From contig OX597814.1 of the NCBI GenBank assembly GCA_951406725.2, positions 111,600,001 to 111,664,000 on the forward strand: 64,000 nucleotides of DNA, in the 5' to 3' direction. The notes beneath the pieces were generated by a model. It saw only the letters and a program-made list of their open reading frames with translations. It did no database searches and had not been told where the DNA came from. The DNA comes from Octopus vulgaris. Its lineage: Eukaryota. A program made the translations under genes and the position numbers. Below, one piece after another: positions 41,353-53,843 of this stretch; within the stretch, counting starts at the first letter, position 1, and each line of letters begins with the position of its first letter.

Positions 41353-41927
41353 TGTGATATTTCTGCTGTTTTTCAAAAAATCATATTACTCTACCTCTGG
41401 TATTCGAGTTCTATTTTTCCCACCTTGTTTCACATTTATGTGCTTACGGTACACACACACATGCGCACATACACACACACACACACATGCATAAGATCCA
41501 GGTATCAAAGTGTAGGAAGTTTGTAAGGTTCAAGCAGTCCATGGCTGGTTTGGAAAACAAAAAGTGGATAGTGTACAATCAAGAACAATAACAATTTATT
41601 GCCATTGAAGGTTACACCCTTTTCCCCATATGCATATATGTATGTATTTATGTAATATATGTATGTATGTATGTATATATGTATGTATATCTATGTATGT
41701 AAGTATATGTATGTATGTATATCTATGTATGTAAGTATATGTATGTATGTATATCTGTATGTAAGTATATGTATGTATGCTTGTACATATACGTATGTAG
41801 GTAGAAACTCTATAAGCTATGGACACATAAGAGGTGCAGCAATGTCAAAAGAAGGCTAACTGGGAAGATAGTTTTTGTATGTGGCAGATGCTCAGGAACA
41901 ATAAACACTGGAAATGCTCTGAGACCA

Positions 41928-43073
41928 ACTTCTGTCACTTTCCAGGGAGAAAAACTAGAAATAGTTGATAGCTTCCGTTACCTGGGTGACCAAGTCAGTA
42001 GCGGGGGTGGGTATGCTGAAAGTGTAACTCCTAGAGTAAGAATAGCTTGGGCAAAGTTCAGAGAGCTCTTACCTCTGCTGGTGACAAAAGGCCTCTCGCT
42101 CAGAGCAAAAGGCAGACTGTATGACGCGTGTGTACGAACAGCCATGCTACATGGCAGTGAAACATGGGCCATGACTGCTGAGGATATGCGTAAGCTCGCA
42201 AGAAATGAAGCCAGTATGCTCCGATGGATGTGTAATGTCTGTTCATACTCGACAGAGTGTAAGTACCTTGAGAGAAAAGCTGGACCTAAGAAGCATCAGA
42301 TGTGGTGTGCAAGAGAGACGTTTGCGCTGGTATGGTCATGTGGCGAGAATGGATGAAGATAGTTGTGTGAAAAAGTGCCACACCCTAGCGGCTGAGGGAA
42401 CCTGTGGAAGAGGCAGACCCAGGAAAACCTGGGACGAGGTGGTGAAGCACAACCTTCGAACTTTAGGTCTCACTGAGGAAATGACTAGAGACCGAGACCT
42501 CTGGAAGTATGCTGTGTGTGAGAAGACCCGGCAGGACAAGTGAGACCATAACCCGTGGCCTTCTACACGGGATGTAGCCAGTCCACTTATGCATACCTTC
42601 CCTTCTTGGGACACAAAACTCTACTTGTGAAGACCTGTTGAGGCAAGTGAGAATCAGCATCAAAATCGATCAATGGAAATTGCAGCTGAGATACCAGTGC
42701 CGGTGGCACGTAGAGAACCATCTGAACGTGGCCGTTGCCAGCGCTGCCCCGACTGCCCTCCGTGCTGGTGGCACGTAAAAAGCACCATCCGTTCGTGGCC
42801 GTTGCCAGCCCTGCCTGGCACCCGTGCCGGTGGCACATAAAAGGCACCATCTGATTGTGGCCGTTTGCCAGACTCGTCTGGCACCAGTGCCGGTGGCACG
42901 TAAAAAGCACCCACTACACTCAAGGAGTGGTTGGCATTAGGAAGGGCATCCAGCCGTAGAAACATTGCCAGATCAGACTGGGCCTGGTGCAGCCTTCTGG
43001 CTTCCCAGACCCCAGTTGAACCGTCCAACCCATGCTAGCATGGAAAGCAGACGTTAAACGATGATGATGATGA
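41928..43073 (+). mobile_element. 5'-truncated RTE-clade LINE (RT C-terminus, 3' UTR, (GAT)n tail)
   Basis: LEIVDSFRYLG...AWAKFRELLPLL...YDACVRTAMLHGSETW...RRLRWYGHVARM...GRGRPRKTW with one frameshift near 42240; stop at 42543; UTR with internal repeats; ends GACGTTAAACGATGATGAT. Confidence 0.93.
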
Positions 43074-43457
43074 TATTATATATATGTAAGTCTGAGCGTT
43101 AAACTAATACATCTGTTGTTTACACACCTGTCTTCATCTTTTGTTTTTTTGTAAATTCTCACTATATATGTATAGATATATGTATGCATGTGTGTCTTTG
43201 TGTTTGTCCTCCTGCTACCATTTGACAACCAGTCTTGGTTTGTTTGCATCCTCGGTAACTCTTCAGATTGGCAAAATGAACCTATAGAATGAGAGTCAGG
43301 TTTTAAAAAATAAGTACTGGGGTTGATTTGTTTAGTTGTACCCTTCATGCTGGTGCCCAGCATGGCCACAATCTAATGACTGAAACAAGTAAAAATATAA
43401 GAGTATTTTAACAATGGAAAAGGATGTGAATTAACACGTTTCCTTCTTGAATTTTAG

Positions 43458-43570
43458 GGGCTGTTGAACCTTCAGTAATGAATCCCATTAATGTAGAAAC
43501 ACATGACTTCAGAATTCCTGTCAGGGAAATCCTTAAACCTGATGATATGGACAAGTGGAGAAAATCTAAG
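43458..43570 (+). CDS. PTPA: PTPA exon 2
   Basis: ttttag|GG...TCTAAG|gtaaac; AVEPSVMNPINVETHDFRIPVREILKPDDMDKWRKSK resembles human PTPA NFIIPKKEIHTVPDMGKWKRSQ. Confidence 0.93.
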
Positions 43571-43789
43571 GTAAACTATTTGTTTCTTCAAAATTGTTGG
43601 TTGATTTTCCTGAGCACAAAAAAAGCAAAAAGAAAAACCCTCCCAAAAAACCATTCCTGTGCTTGACATCCTTCAGCGCCTTTTAATGGTATTTATTGTT
43701 CTGTCTTGATTTATTAAATTTGTTCTCAAACAATCCAGAAGCAGAAAAAGTCATTTCATTGTTTTATTCTTCTTTATTCTTAGACATGG

Positions 43790-44445
43790 CAAGTGAAATC
43801 ATCATCGTGGATGATGACAGTACCGCCTGATTGGCATCTGTGTTGGTGGCATGTAAAAAGCACCATTTGAGCATGGTCGATGCCAGTGCTGCCTGACTGG
43901 TCCTGTGCCGGTGGAACATAAAAAGCACCATTTGAGTGTTGTCGATGCCAGTACCAGCTGACTGGTCCCATGCTGGTGGCATGTAAAATGCACCATTCAA
44001 GCATGGTTGATGCCAGTGCCAGCTGACTAGTCCAATGCCGGTGGCATGTAAAAAGTACCAGTTAAGCGTGGTTGATGCCAGTGCTGGTTGACTGGTCCTG
44101 TGCCGATGGCACATAAAAAGTACCATTCAAGTGTGGTTGATGCCATTGCCACCTGACTGGTCCTGTGCCTGTGGCACATAAAAAGCACCGTTTGAGCATG
44201 GTCTACGCCAGTGCCACCTGATGGTCTCGTGCCTGTGGCATGTAAAAAGCACCATTTGAGCGTGGTTGTTGCCATTGCCACCTGACTGGCTACTGTGCCA
44301 GTGACATGTAAAAGTACTATTCAAGTGTAGTTGTTGCCAGCACCGCCTGACTTGCCCTCGTGTCGGTGGCACATAAAAAACACCCACTACTCTCGGAGTA
44401 GAAACTTTGCCAGATCAGATTGGAGCCTGGTGCAGCCTTCTGGCT
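43790..44445 (+). repeat. RTE 3'-UTR-derived element with ~9 tandem 65-bp units
   Basis: GGTGGCATGTAAAAAGCACC recurs every 65 nt (GCACC at 43860, 43925, 43990...). Confidence 0.9.
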
Positions 44446-44719
44446 GGATGTCTCCTGGGGCTAAATTATAGCAACATTCGTCCTAAACCAGGACTGCCAT
44501 GTTGGTAAACAATCTTTACTCTGAAATAAAGTTATTGTATTTCAATCATCTTTCTAGATGGTGCTTAACTTTGGTTATAGGAAGAGAATTGGTGTTTGCA
44601 ATATGATATGGCTGTGTAATTAAGATGTTTGCTTCTCAACTGTGTTGAATGCTCATAGAACAGTCAAGCCAAGAAATTTTGAAAATTGTCCATAATTTTC
44701 ATCATAAAAAAATGCTAAA

Positions 44720-45155
44720 AATTATCTACCAACATAACATGGCAGTCTTGGTTTAAGACGAATGTTGCTGTAATTTAGCCCCAGGAGACATTGTCTCCAA
44801 CTGGCTATATGACACAATCTGTGTCCTTATTTTTTCGAACAAGGGCATTTAGCATTCCCACTCAGCTCAAAACAATATCTGTGTATCGCGATTTCTGGGT
44901 TATTTCCCTTCATCAGCATAGAATAATTGTTCGGCTGGGTGGGGCGCTGCCAAATTCCTGTTCAAAATATATAGTTTGAAGGGAAATAACCTGGAAATTG
45001 CAATACATAGATATTGTTTTGAACTGAGTGGCGGGTGCTAAATGCCCTTGTTTGAAAAAAAAAAAGAAAATATAAGGACACAATGTCTCCTGGGGCTAAA
45101 TTACAGTAATATTCATCCTAAACCAGGACTGCCATGTTATGTTGGCAAATAATCT
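44720..45155. repeat. palindromic MITE-like element, with an extra partial arm at 44448-44523
   Basis: TAATTTAGCCCCAGGAGACATTGT / ACAATGTCTCCTGGGGCTAAATTA and inner arms GTTATTTCCCTT / AAGGGAAATAAC. Confidence 0.85.
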
Positions 45156-45931
45156 TTACTCTAGAGTACTGTTGCTGAATATCTCTCATTGAGAGATTTA
45201 GAAATAGTAATTTTCTATAAAAAATGCTGTGCAGTTTTTTTCACCAATAGCCTGGGTACCCTCCATGACATTATCATATTATTCCCCTTTAATTTCCAAG
45301 TTGTTAAGATTTCCACCAGCAGAAAGGAGTCTGTACTTGGTAACACTCCAAACCACCAACAACTTGCTACTCGTGTTTTACATTTAAACTGTGATGTATG
45401 GTCAAAATCTTTTTTTTTATGTGTTAAAGGTTGATATAGAATCTGTTTTTTTTTTCTTGTACTCTAGACACAAGGCTGGAAATTTTTTTTTTGGTAGGGG
45501 AGGCCAGTTGACTAGATCGACCCCAGTATGCAACTGGTGCTTAATTTATCAACCCTGAAAGGATGAATGGCAAAGTTGATCTTGGCAGAATTTGAACTCA
45601 AAATGTAAAGACAGACAAAATACCGCTAAGCATTTCACCCAACGTGCTAACGTTTCTGCCAGCTCGCCGCCTTTAGAATCTGTCTTTGATACATGTCTAC
45701 GTTTTTACAACCAAAATATTGCAAGACTTCTGAGGAATTGATGCTGTCAACATTTATTATGCTTTAGCCTTGAGAACCTGATTATTCCATAAAAAACTGA
45801 AAAGTAGCTGCTCCAGTTTGGGCCAACTATTCCTTGTTCTAATATTTTATTCTATGCAACAAGATTAATGGAAACATTTGCAAGTATCTAGGGGTCCTCA
45901 CCCTCTATGTCTCATTAGATTTTTATCATAG

Positions 45932-46325
45932 GTGCAGGAGTGGCTGTGTGGTATGTAGCTTGCTTACCAACCACATGGTTCCGGGTTCAGTCCCACTGCG
46001 TGGCACCTTGCACAAGTGTCTTCTATAGCCTCGGACCAACCAAAGCTTTGTGAGTGGATTTGGTAAACGGAAACTGAAAGAAGCCTGTTGTATATATGTA
46101 TATGTATATTTATGTGTGTGTGTGTTTGTGTTTGTTCCCCCAACATCGCTTGACAACCAATGCTGGTGTGTTTACGTCCCCGTAACTTAGCGGTTCGGCA
46201 AAACAGACCGATAGAATAAGTACTAGGTTTACACAGAATAAGATCTGGGATCGATCTGCTTGACTAAAGGTGGTGCTCCAGCATAGCTGCAGTCAAATGA
46301 CTGAAACAAGTAAAAGAGTAAAAAA
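45932..46325 (+). mobile_element. tRNA-derived SINE family B (CORE-like CCTTGGGCAAGT, internal (TA)/(TG) tract)
   Basis: Head GCAGGAGTGGCTGTGTGG...GGTTCAGTCCC; tail GACTGAAACAAGTAAAAG. Other copies at ~5540-5890(-), 8629-9030(-), 18190-18580(+), 20600-21036(-), 37250-37560(+) and 48580-49040(-). Confidence 0.88.
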
Positions 46326-47582
46326 GTAATCTAGTACTTCCAAGTACCAATCCTTAGTCAGTTTAGTCCAATATCAAAGACCAGGCAGTATGAGTTTGCT
46401 GTTCCTGGTGTAAGAGGTATTACCAATTGCTCAACCTCCTGACTAAAGTGCCTGAAGCTAATAGAAGCAACAATCTTGTAACTGAGTGTATAATCAGACA
46501 GGTCATTATCATCATCATCATCGTTTAACGTCCGCTTTCCATGCTGGCATGGGTTGGATAGTTTGACTGAGGACTGGCAAGCCAGGAGGCTGCACCACGC
46601 TCAAATCTAATCTGGCAAAGTTTCTACAGCTGGATGCCCTTCTTAGTACCAATCACTCTGAGAGTGTAGTGGGTGCTTTTTACATTCCACAGGCATGGGA
46701 GCCAGTCAGGCAGTACTGGCATCAATCACACTCAAATGGTGCTTTTTACGTGCCATTGGTATGGGGGCCGGTCAGGTGGCACTAGCATCGACCATGCTTG
46801 AATGGTGCTTTTTACGTGCGACCAGCATGGGGGCCAGTCAGGCAGCTCTGGCATTGACCACATTCAAATGGTGCTTTTTACGTGCCACCGGCATGAGTGC
46901 CAGTCAAGCAGCACTGGCATTGGCCATGACTAGGTGGCACTTGGTGACTTATAATGGTTACTGAGTTACTGCTTGTTTTATAGTCTAGAGACTCAGTTAT
47001 TAGGACCGAAGACAAGTCACACGTCCTTATCAGAGACTGCAGCTAGGTAAAATGGTTGATCTTATGAAACAGTTTCAATAGATGTAAAGTGATTTGGCTT
47101 TCAGTAAATCTAAATGAAGACCCAACTGTCTCCAAGGGGTGTTGTTTAATGTTTGTTGTCTGAATGGTTGGTTTGTTAATGTTTCAGAACACAAGTTTGA
47201 CAAACCAATTACATATATGAAACTTACAATTTAAAAAAAAAAAAAATGTTTAATATATTTGACCCATTCGTATTTAAACCAGCCACATCCAACCCAAATA
47301 TTCAACCAGTTTTATGTTCACACTGGCCATATCTGGCCTCTCACACTTAGCCTACAATGTTATTCTAAAAATAAACAGTCACATCATGGAAATCTCAGTT
47401 ATGAAATATTGCATGATTAATTCAAAAGCAATCTGAATAAATAAGCATTATTTTTGATAAAATAATATGAATGTTGAAGCGTTAAGTGATGCTTCCTTCA
47501 TATAAATAATTTCTTCCTTTTTTTAAAAAACCTTAATTGATAATTTCGAAATACATTTGAATTTACTGACTTCTCATTGCAG

Positions 47583-47669
47583 GCAAACAACGATCTTTTG
47601 GGTTTCATTATTGCAATGAATAATTCAGTGAAATCAATGAAAATATCTGGCACCTACCCAATATCTGAG
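47583..47669 (+). CDS. PTPA: PTPA exon 3
   Basis: ttgcag|...GAG|gtaagt, 87 nt; ANNDLLGFIIAMNNSVKSMKISGTYPISE vs human AYADYIGFILTLNEGVKGKKLTFEYRVSE. Confidence 0.94.
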
Positions 47670-48428
47670 GTAAGTAAAACATGAATTTAATGATACATCA
47701 TCATCATCATCATTTAACATCCCTTGTCCATGCTGGCATGGATCGGACAGCATGACCAGGGCTGGTAAGCTGGAAGGCTGCACCAGACTCCAGTCTGATT
47801 TGGCATGGTTTTCCAAGAATGTAATGGGTGCTTTTATGTGCCACCGGCAAGGGTGCCATTTGTGTGGCACTGGTATCTGCCACTACTGCAATTTTGCTTG
47901 GCTTGATGGGTCTTCTTCTTAAGCATGATATAATACCAAAGGTCTCGGTCGTTGCTTCTGTGAGGCCCAACACTTGAAAGTAACTCAGCCACTTTGTCTC
48001 CATGAGGCCCGCCTCTTTTTACATGTAAGAAAGCACCATTCACGTGTGGCTGATGCCAGTGCTGCCTGACTGGCTCCCGTGACATGTAAAAGCACCCATT
48101 ACACTCTTGGAGTGGTTGGCATTAGGAAGGGCACCCAGCTGTAGAAACCTTGCCAATTCAAGATTGGAGCCTGGTGCAGCCTCTCAGCTTGCCATTTCTC
48201 AGTCAAGCTGTCCAACCCATGCCAGCATGGAAAGTGGACGTCAAACGACGACGACAACTTTTGTCCACCGTACTAACGATTCTTTCAGCTTGCCAATGAC
48301 ATGAACAACAATGGTGCTGATGATGATGATGGTGAGTGAAATGGATGATAATGATAACAATGAGGAAAAGGATCATAATTTTCTGATTGATTGAGTTGTA
48401 AGTGAATTTGATTTTCTAAATATTGTAG

Positions 48429-48554
48429 ACTGTGAAGAAACTGATGGGCCTTTTGGATACGTTGGATCAATGGATGACGGACATTCTTCCGATTGACCAA
48501 CCTCAGAGATTTGGCAACAAAGCTTTCCAAAAGCTTTATATTAAACTGAAAGAG
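48429..48554 (+). CDS. PTPA: PTPA exon 4
   Basis: ttgtag|...GAG|gtaagc, 126 nt; TVKKLMGLLDTLDQWMTDILPIDQPQRFGNKAFQKLYIKLKE contains the PTPA RFGNKA motif. Confidence 0.96.
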
Positions 48555-49843
48555 GTAAGCTTTTAATTCTCTTTTCATCTTTCATTTGTTTCAGTCATTG
48601 GACTGTGGTCATGCTGGGCACTGCTTTCAGGAATTTTTAGTTGAATTACTCGACCCCAATACTTATATATATTTTTTTAAAGCATGGTATTTATTCTCTC
48701 CGGTCTCTTTTGCTGAACTGTTTAGTGATGAGGACGTAAACATACCAACACTGGTTGTGAGGGACAAATGCAAACACACACACACACATATGTACATACA
48801 TACATACTCACACACATGCAAACACACATATATACACACACACGTACACACATACACATATGCACGCATGTGCACTCACATGATGGGCTTCTTTCAGTTT
48901 CTGTCTACCAAATCCACTCACAAGGTTTTGCTCAGCCTGAGGCCATAGTAGGAGACACTTGCCCAAGGTGCCATGCAGTGGGACTGAACTCGGAACCATG
49001 TGGTTGGGAAGCAAGCTTCTTACCACACATCCACGCCTGTGCCTTCACACAACCATGCCTGCACTTATGTAATTTATATACATTTAAAGTGTTAATCCTT
49101 TAACTGGTGTCAAGCAAATGGCACGTAAAAGCACCCATTACACTCTTGGAGTGGTTGGTGTTAGAAAGGGCATCCATCTGTAGAAACCATGCCAAATCAG
49201 ACTGGGGTCTGGTGCAGCCTTCCAGCTTGCTAGCCCTGCTCAAACCGTCCAACCCATGCCAGCATGAACATCATCATCATCATCATCTTTTAACATCCGT
49301 TTTCCATGCTGGCATGAGTTGGACGGTTTGACAGGACTGTCAAGCCAGGAGACAGCACCAGGCTCCAATCTGATCTGGCAGAGTTTCTACAGCTGAATGC
49401 CATTCCTAATGCCAACCACTCCGAGATTGTAGTGAGTCAGTCAGGCGGCACTGGCATCAACTACGCTTGAATGGTGCATTTTACGTGCCACTGGTACGGA
49501 AGCCAATCAGGCAGCACTGGCATAGCCAACGCTTGAATGGTGCTTTTTTATATACCAGCAGCACGGGAGCCAGTGAGGCGGCACTGGCATTGACCACACT
49601 CGAATGGTTCTTTTTACGTGCCACCGACATGGGAGCCAGTCAGGCAGCACTGGCATCAGCCACAACAACGATTTCACTTGATTCCGTAGGACAACAAATG
49701 CTAAATGATGCTGATGATGATGGTATGATACCTGTAACCTATGCAGGAGATATATAAACAGAGCTAATTTAGCTGATTTCTCTTTACATTGGAAGAAAAC
49801 GAGTCCTGTGGAAATATTTAGTTCTTTGTTTTTGTCTTTTCAG

Positions 49844-49961
49844 AATGTTGTAGAGGAAATGGAAAAATGTTTTGATGAAAAATATCACAAAGGTTTCCCA
49901 GAAATATCTACTTATCTGGTTGAAGGGATTGGTAATTCCACAAGAATTGATTATGGCACAG
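49844..49961 (+). CDS. PTPA: PTPA exon 5
   Basis: tttcag|...ACAG|gttagt, 118 nt; ...PEISTYLVEGIGNSTRIDYGT(G) contains the hallmark GNSTRIDYGTG motif. Confidence 0.97.
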
Positions 49962-51218
49962 GTTAGTCATGTCACCTTTGGATTTCTTTCTTTCCCATTG
50001 TTTGTCTTAAAAAAACGATATCTTTTTCATGAAAGCTGACACCTTGCTTGCATTAGTTACTGGGGACAAAAGTTGACAAGTGGTTAGATCAAGGGTGGAG
50101 ACCTCCCCCCCCCCGCAGGTACAACTGCACTCGTGGGTACGTTTTATTGTGCCCCCAGGCTGATATTCTCATGTACAGCCAGATCCAGCCTATCACACTT
50201 TCCCTTCAATGCCATTCTAAAATATACAATCACATCATAAAAATTTCAGAGCTACAAAATAACGTATGATTAGTTAAAAACAATATGAATGAAAAAGCAT
50301 TTTGACAGTATCATCATCATCATCATCCTCGTTTAATGTCTGCTTTCCGTGCTGGCATGTGTTGGACGGTTTGACTGAGGAGTGGTGAGCTAGAGGCTGC
50401 ACCAGGCTCAATCTGATCTGGCAAGGTTTCAACAGCTTGATGCTCTTCCTAATGCCAACCACTCCGAGAATGTAGTGGGTGCTTTTATGTGCCAACAGCA
50501 CATGTGCTGGTAAGGTGACGCTGTCAATGATCATGCTCGAATGGTGCATTTCATGTGCCAACAGCACATGTGCTTGTAAGGCGACGCTGTCAATGATCAC
50601 GCTCGAATGGTGCATTTCATGTGCCACCCGCAGTGGAGCCAATCCGTGGCCCTGGCGACGATCATGCTCAGACGTGCTTTTAATGTTCCACTGACACGAG
50701 TGCCAATGAGGCGGTACTGTCATTGGCCACGTCAGTGATTTTGATAAAGAGTTAAATATGTCGTATCTCAATGTGTTTCAAAGTCAGATTATTTCATATT
50801 CCAGCCCCATTCTTTCTACTGTCTTCACCTTCATCATCATCAAATGTCTGTTGTCCATGCTGGCATGGGTTGGATGGTTTGACCAGGGCTGGTAAGCCGG
50901 AAAGCTGTACCAGACTCTAGTCTGATTTGGCATGGTTTCTATGGCTGGATACCCATCCTAACACCAACCACTCAGAGTGTAGTAGGTGGTTTTATGTGCC
51001 ACTGGCATGACATCAGTATCTGCCATGGCTGTGATTTTGCTCAGCTTGATGAGTCTTCTTCTCAAACATGACATAATGCCAAAGGTCTCGGTCATTGCCT
51101 CCATGAGGCCCAACGCTCAAAAGGAACATCATTTTAAAATTTTCCCACTAGGAATTGAACTCATGTCCTTATGATCTATTGACTAACTCATACATTTCCT
51201 CTTTTTCTTTTGCTTCAG

Positions 51219-51318
51219 GCCATGAAATGTCTTTTGCTGCTTTCCTCTGTACCTTATATAAAGTAGGGATCCTTACTGAGGCCGATGCCCCAGCTATTGT
51301 CTTGAAAGTCAACGAGAA
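51219..51318 (+). CDS. PTPA: PTPA exon 6
   Basis: cttcag|GC...AA|gtgagt, 100 nt; HEMSFAAFLCTLYKVGILTEADAPAIVLKVNE(K) vs human HEAAFAAFLCCLCKIGVL. Confidence 0.96.
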
Positions 51319-51601
51319 GTGAGTATGATCACCCATCAGTAATAATGCTCTTTATATTGGACAGAGTCTTTCAGTCTTCTGTCAAACTTTGCTCTTCTTC
51401 AGGTGTCTTTAAAGAATGTTGAATGAAAGTTTTCCAGAATATTGTGATGAATGCAGTCATGGCTGTGCACAGGTGGCGTTTTGTGTAACCATGTGGCTTT
51501 GAGTTCTTTCTCACTGAGCAGTATCACAGATTGCTTCTGCTGTAGCTTCTGGCCTCGTGAGTGGATTTGGTAATGGAAACTGTTGGAAGCCCATTGTCAC
51601 C

Positions 51602-51657
<56 letters not shown>

Positions 51658-51800
51658 ATTGCAGCATGGAAGGTGTTTATAAGCCATTTATATACACACA
51701 AAAGCCGTTAGATTCACTTCAACATTTAAATTTAATTTGTCAAAATATTTTCGTCACTTTGAGACCATGACCTATTCACTGACAAAATTCCGTGCTGCAT

Positions 51801-51835
<35 letters not shown>

Positions 51836-52639
51836 AGAACTTTGCTTCCCAACCACATGGTTTTGGGTTCAGTTCTACTGTGTGTCACCTTAGGCAAATG
51901 TCTTCCACTAGTTCCAGGCCAACCAAAGCCTTGTGCATGGAATTGGTATACAGAAAATGAAAGAAGCTTGTATATGTGTGTCCATGGATGTGTGTGTTAG
52001 TGTCTTTTGTCTTGACATCATGTGCCAAAATTAGAAACAATATTTATTATTGTTATTAAGGCAGTGAGCTGGCAGAATCATTAGCGCTCTGGGTGAATTG
52101 CTTAGCGGTATTTCATCTGCCATTAAATTCTGAGTTCAAATTCCTCTGAGGTTGACTTTGCTTTTATCCTTTTAGGGTTGATAAAATTAGTACCAGTTAT
52201 GCACTGGAGTTGATGTAATCAACTTAATCCCCTTCCTCTAGAAAGGATTATTATTATTATTAAGGCGGCGAGCTGGCAGAATCGTTAGCACGCCGGACGA
52301 AATGCTTAGTGGTATTTCGTCTGTCGTTGTGAGCTCAAATTCTGCCGAGGTCGACTTTGCCTTTCATGCTTTTGGGAACGATAAATTAAGTACCAGTTAC
52401 ACACTGGGGTCGATGTAATCGACTTAATACCTATGTCTGTCCTTGTTTGTCCCCTCTATGTTTAGCCCCTTGTGGGTAGTAAAGAAATAGGTATTTTGTC
52501 TGTCCCTACATTCTGAGTTCAAATTCCGCCAAGGTTGACTTTGCCTTTCATCCTTTTGGGGTTGATAAAATAAGTACTAGTTACGTACTGGGGTCGATGT
52601 CATCAACTCATCCCTTCCCCCCAAATTGCTGCCCTTGTG

Positions 52640-53283
52640 GCAAAATTTGAAACTCTGTTTTCCTTTGCCTGATGACTGGCAAATGAGATTGTTTGGTGGA
52701 CAAGGCTGAAAGGCATGAGGACAGATATGTTCCTCTTTGGTAAAGCTCTCATTGACTTCTTCAAGTTTCACTTGAAAAGGGAAATGAGAGTGGAGAGGGA
52801 AGTGCTTTCCTTGAGTGAGTTATAGAAAGGTGAGTGAAAGTTACAAAAATGGCAAGAGTGGATGGTACCTTTCTAAGTGTAGAGTTGTGAGTTGGAGAGA
52901 AGGAATTGGAGAGGGCACTTGCTCCTAGGGTTTCAAGGAAATCTTGGAGAGTGGGGTTCCTCGATTAACCCTAGAGGCCTTCCTGTGTCAGGAAGGCCAC
53001 ATCTCTATCATCCACCCCCTCTTTTTTATTTATTTTAATTTTATTTTTAATTTCATTTTTAATTTTATTTTTTATTAAAATTTTTTTTTTTAACCTTTGT
53101 ATGCTATCCAAATGTCCCCTGTTATCCAATGTATATGGTGTATACTTTATTTTTGTTTTTTTAATGCTTTTATTTTTTATATTTTTTTTATCATTTCATT
53201 ATTATTATGCAAACCCCCCACACTTTATGTCTATCTCTGTATTGTCCCTCTTGTCCTTTGCCCTTGTGGCAAATAAATGAAAT
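52640..53283 (+). mobile_element. 3' end of a Tx1/L1-like LINE (ORF2 C-terminus plus 3' UTR)
   Basis: Degenerate frame LANEIVWWTRLKGMRTDMFLFGKALIDFFKFHLKREMRVEREVLS resembles Tx1/L1 ORF2 C-termini. A T-rich UTR ends GCCCTTGTGGCAAATAAATGAAAT. Confidence 0.6.
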
Positions 53284-53843
53284 CCTCATCATCATTATTA
53301 TTAAGATTATTTTTAAGACAGTGAGCTGGCAGAATTGTTAGCACACCATCTGATATGCTTAGCAGTATTTTGTCTGTCTTTATGTTCTGAGTTCAAATTC
53401 CACCGAGGTTGACTTTGCCTTTCATCCTTTGAGGGTCGATGTAATAAGTACCTATTTCTTTACTACCCACAAGGGGCTAAACACAGAGAGGACAAACAAG
53501 GACAGACAAACGGATTAAGTCGATTACATCGACCCCAGTGCATAACTGGTACTTAATTTATCGACCCCGAAAGGATGAAAGGCAAAGTCGACCTCGGCGG
53601 AATTTGAACTCAGAACGTAACGGCAGACAAAATATGGCTATGCATTTTGCCCGGCATGCTAACGTTTCTGCCAGCTCGCCGTTACCTACTGGGGTCAATG
53701 TAATTGACTTAACCCCTCCCCTAAAATTTTGGGCCTTGTGCCGATATTAGAAAGGATCATCATCATCATTATTATTATTATTTAAATTATACATTTTAAA
53801 TTTTGGTGTATTCTAACAAATGTTCACTGTGTTCTGAATGCAG

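Noticed and set aside
43790-44445. CRISPR-like regularly spaced repeats
   Set aside because: The whole 65-bp unit repeats, so there are no unique spacers. It is RTE UTR sequence in a eukaryote with no cas genes.
48285-48578. 97-aa minus-strand ORF
   Set aside because: Antisense to PTPA exon 4.
51730-51790. Hammerhead-like fold on the minus strand (TTTGTCA...GAAA...TGACAAA)
   Set aside because: The core reads GTGAATA rather than CTGANGA, and there is only one copy here, so a consensus cannot be checked.
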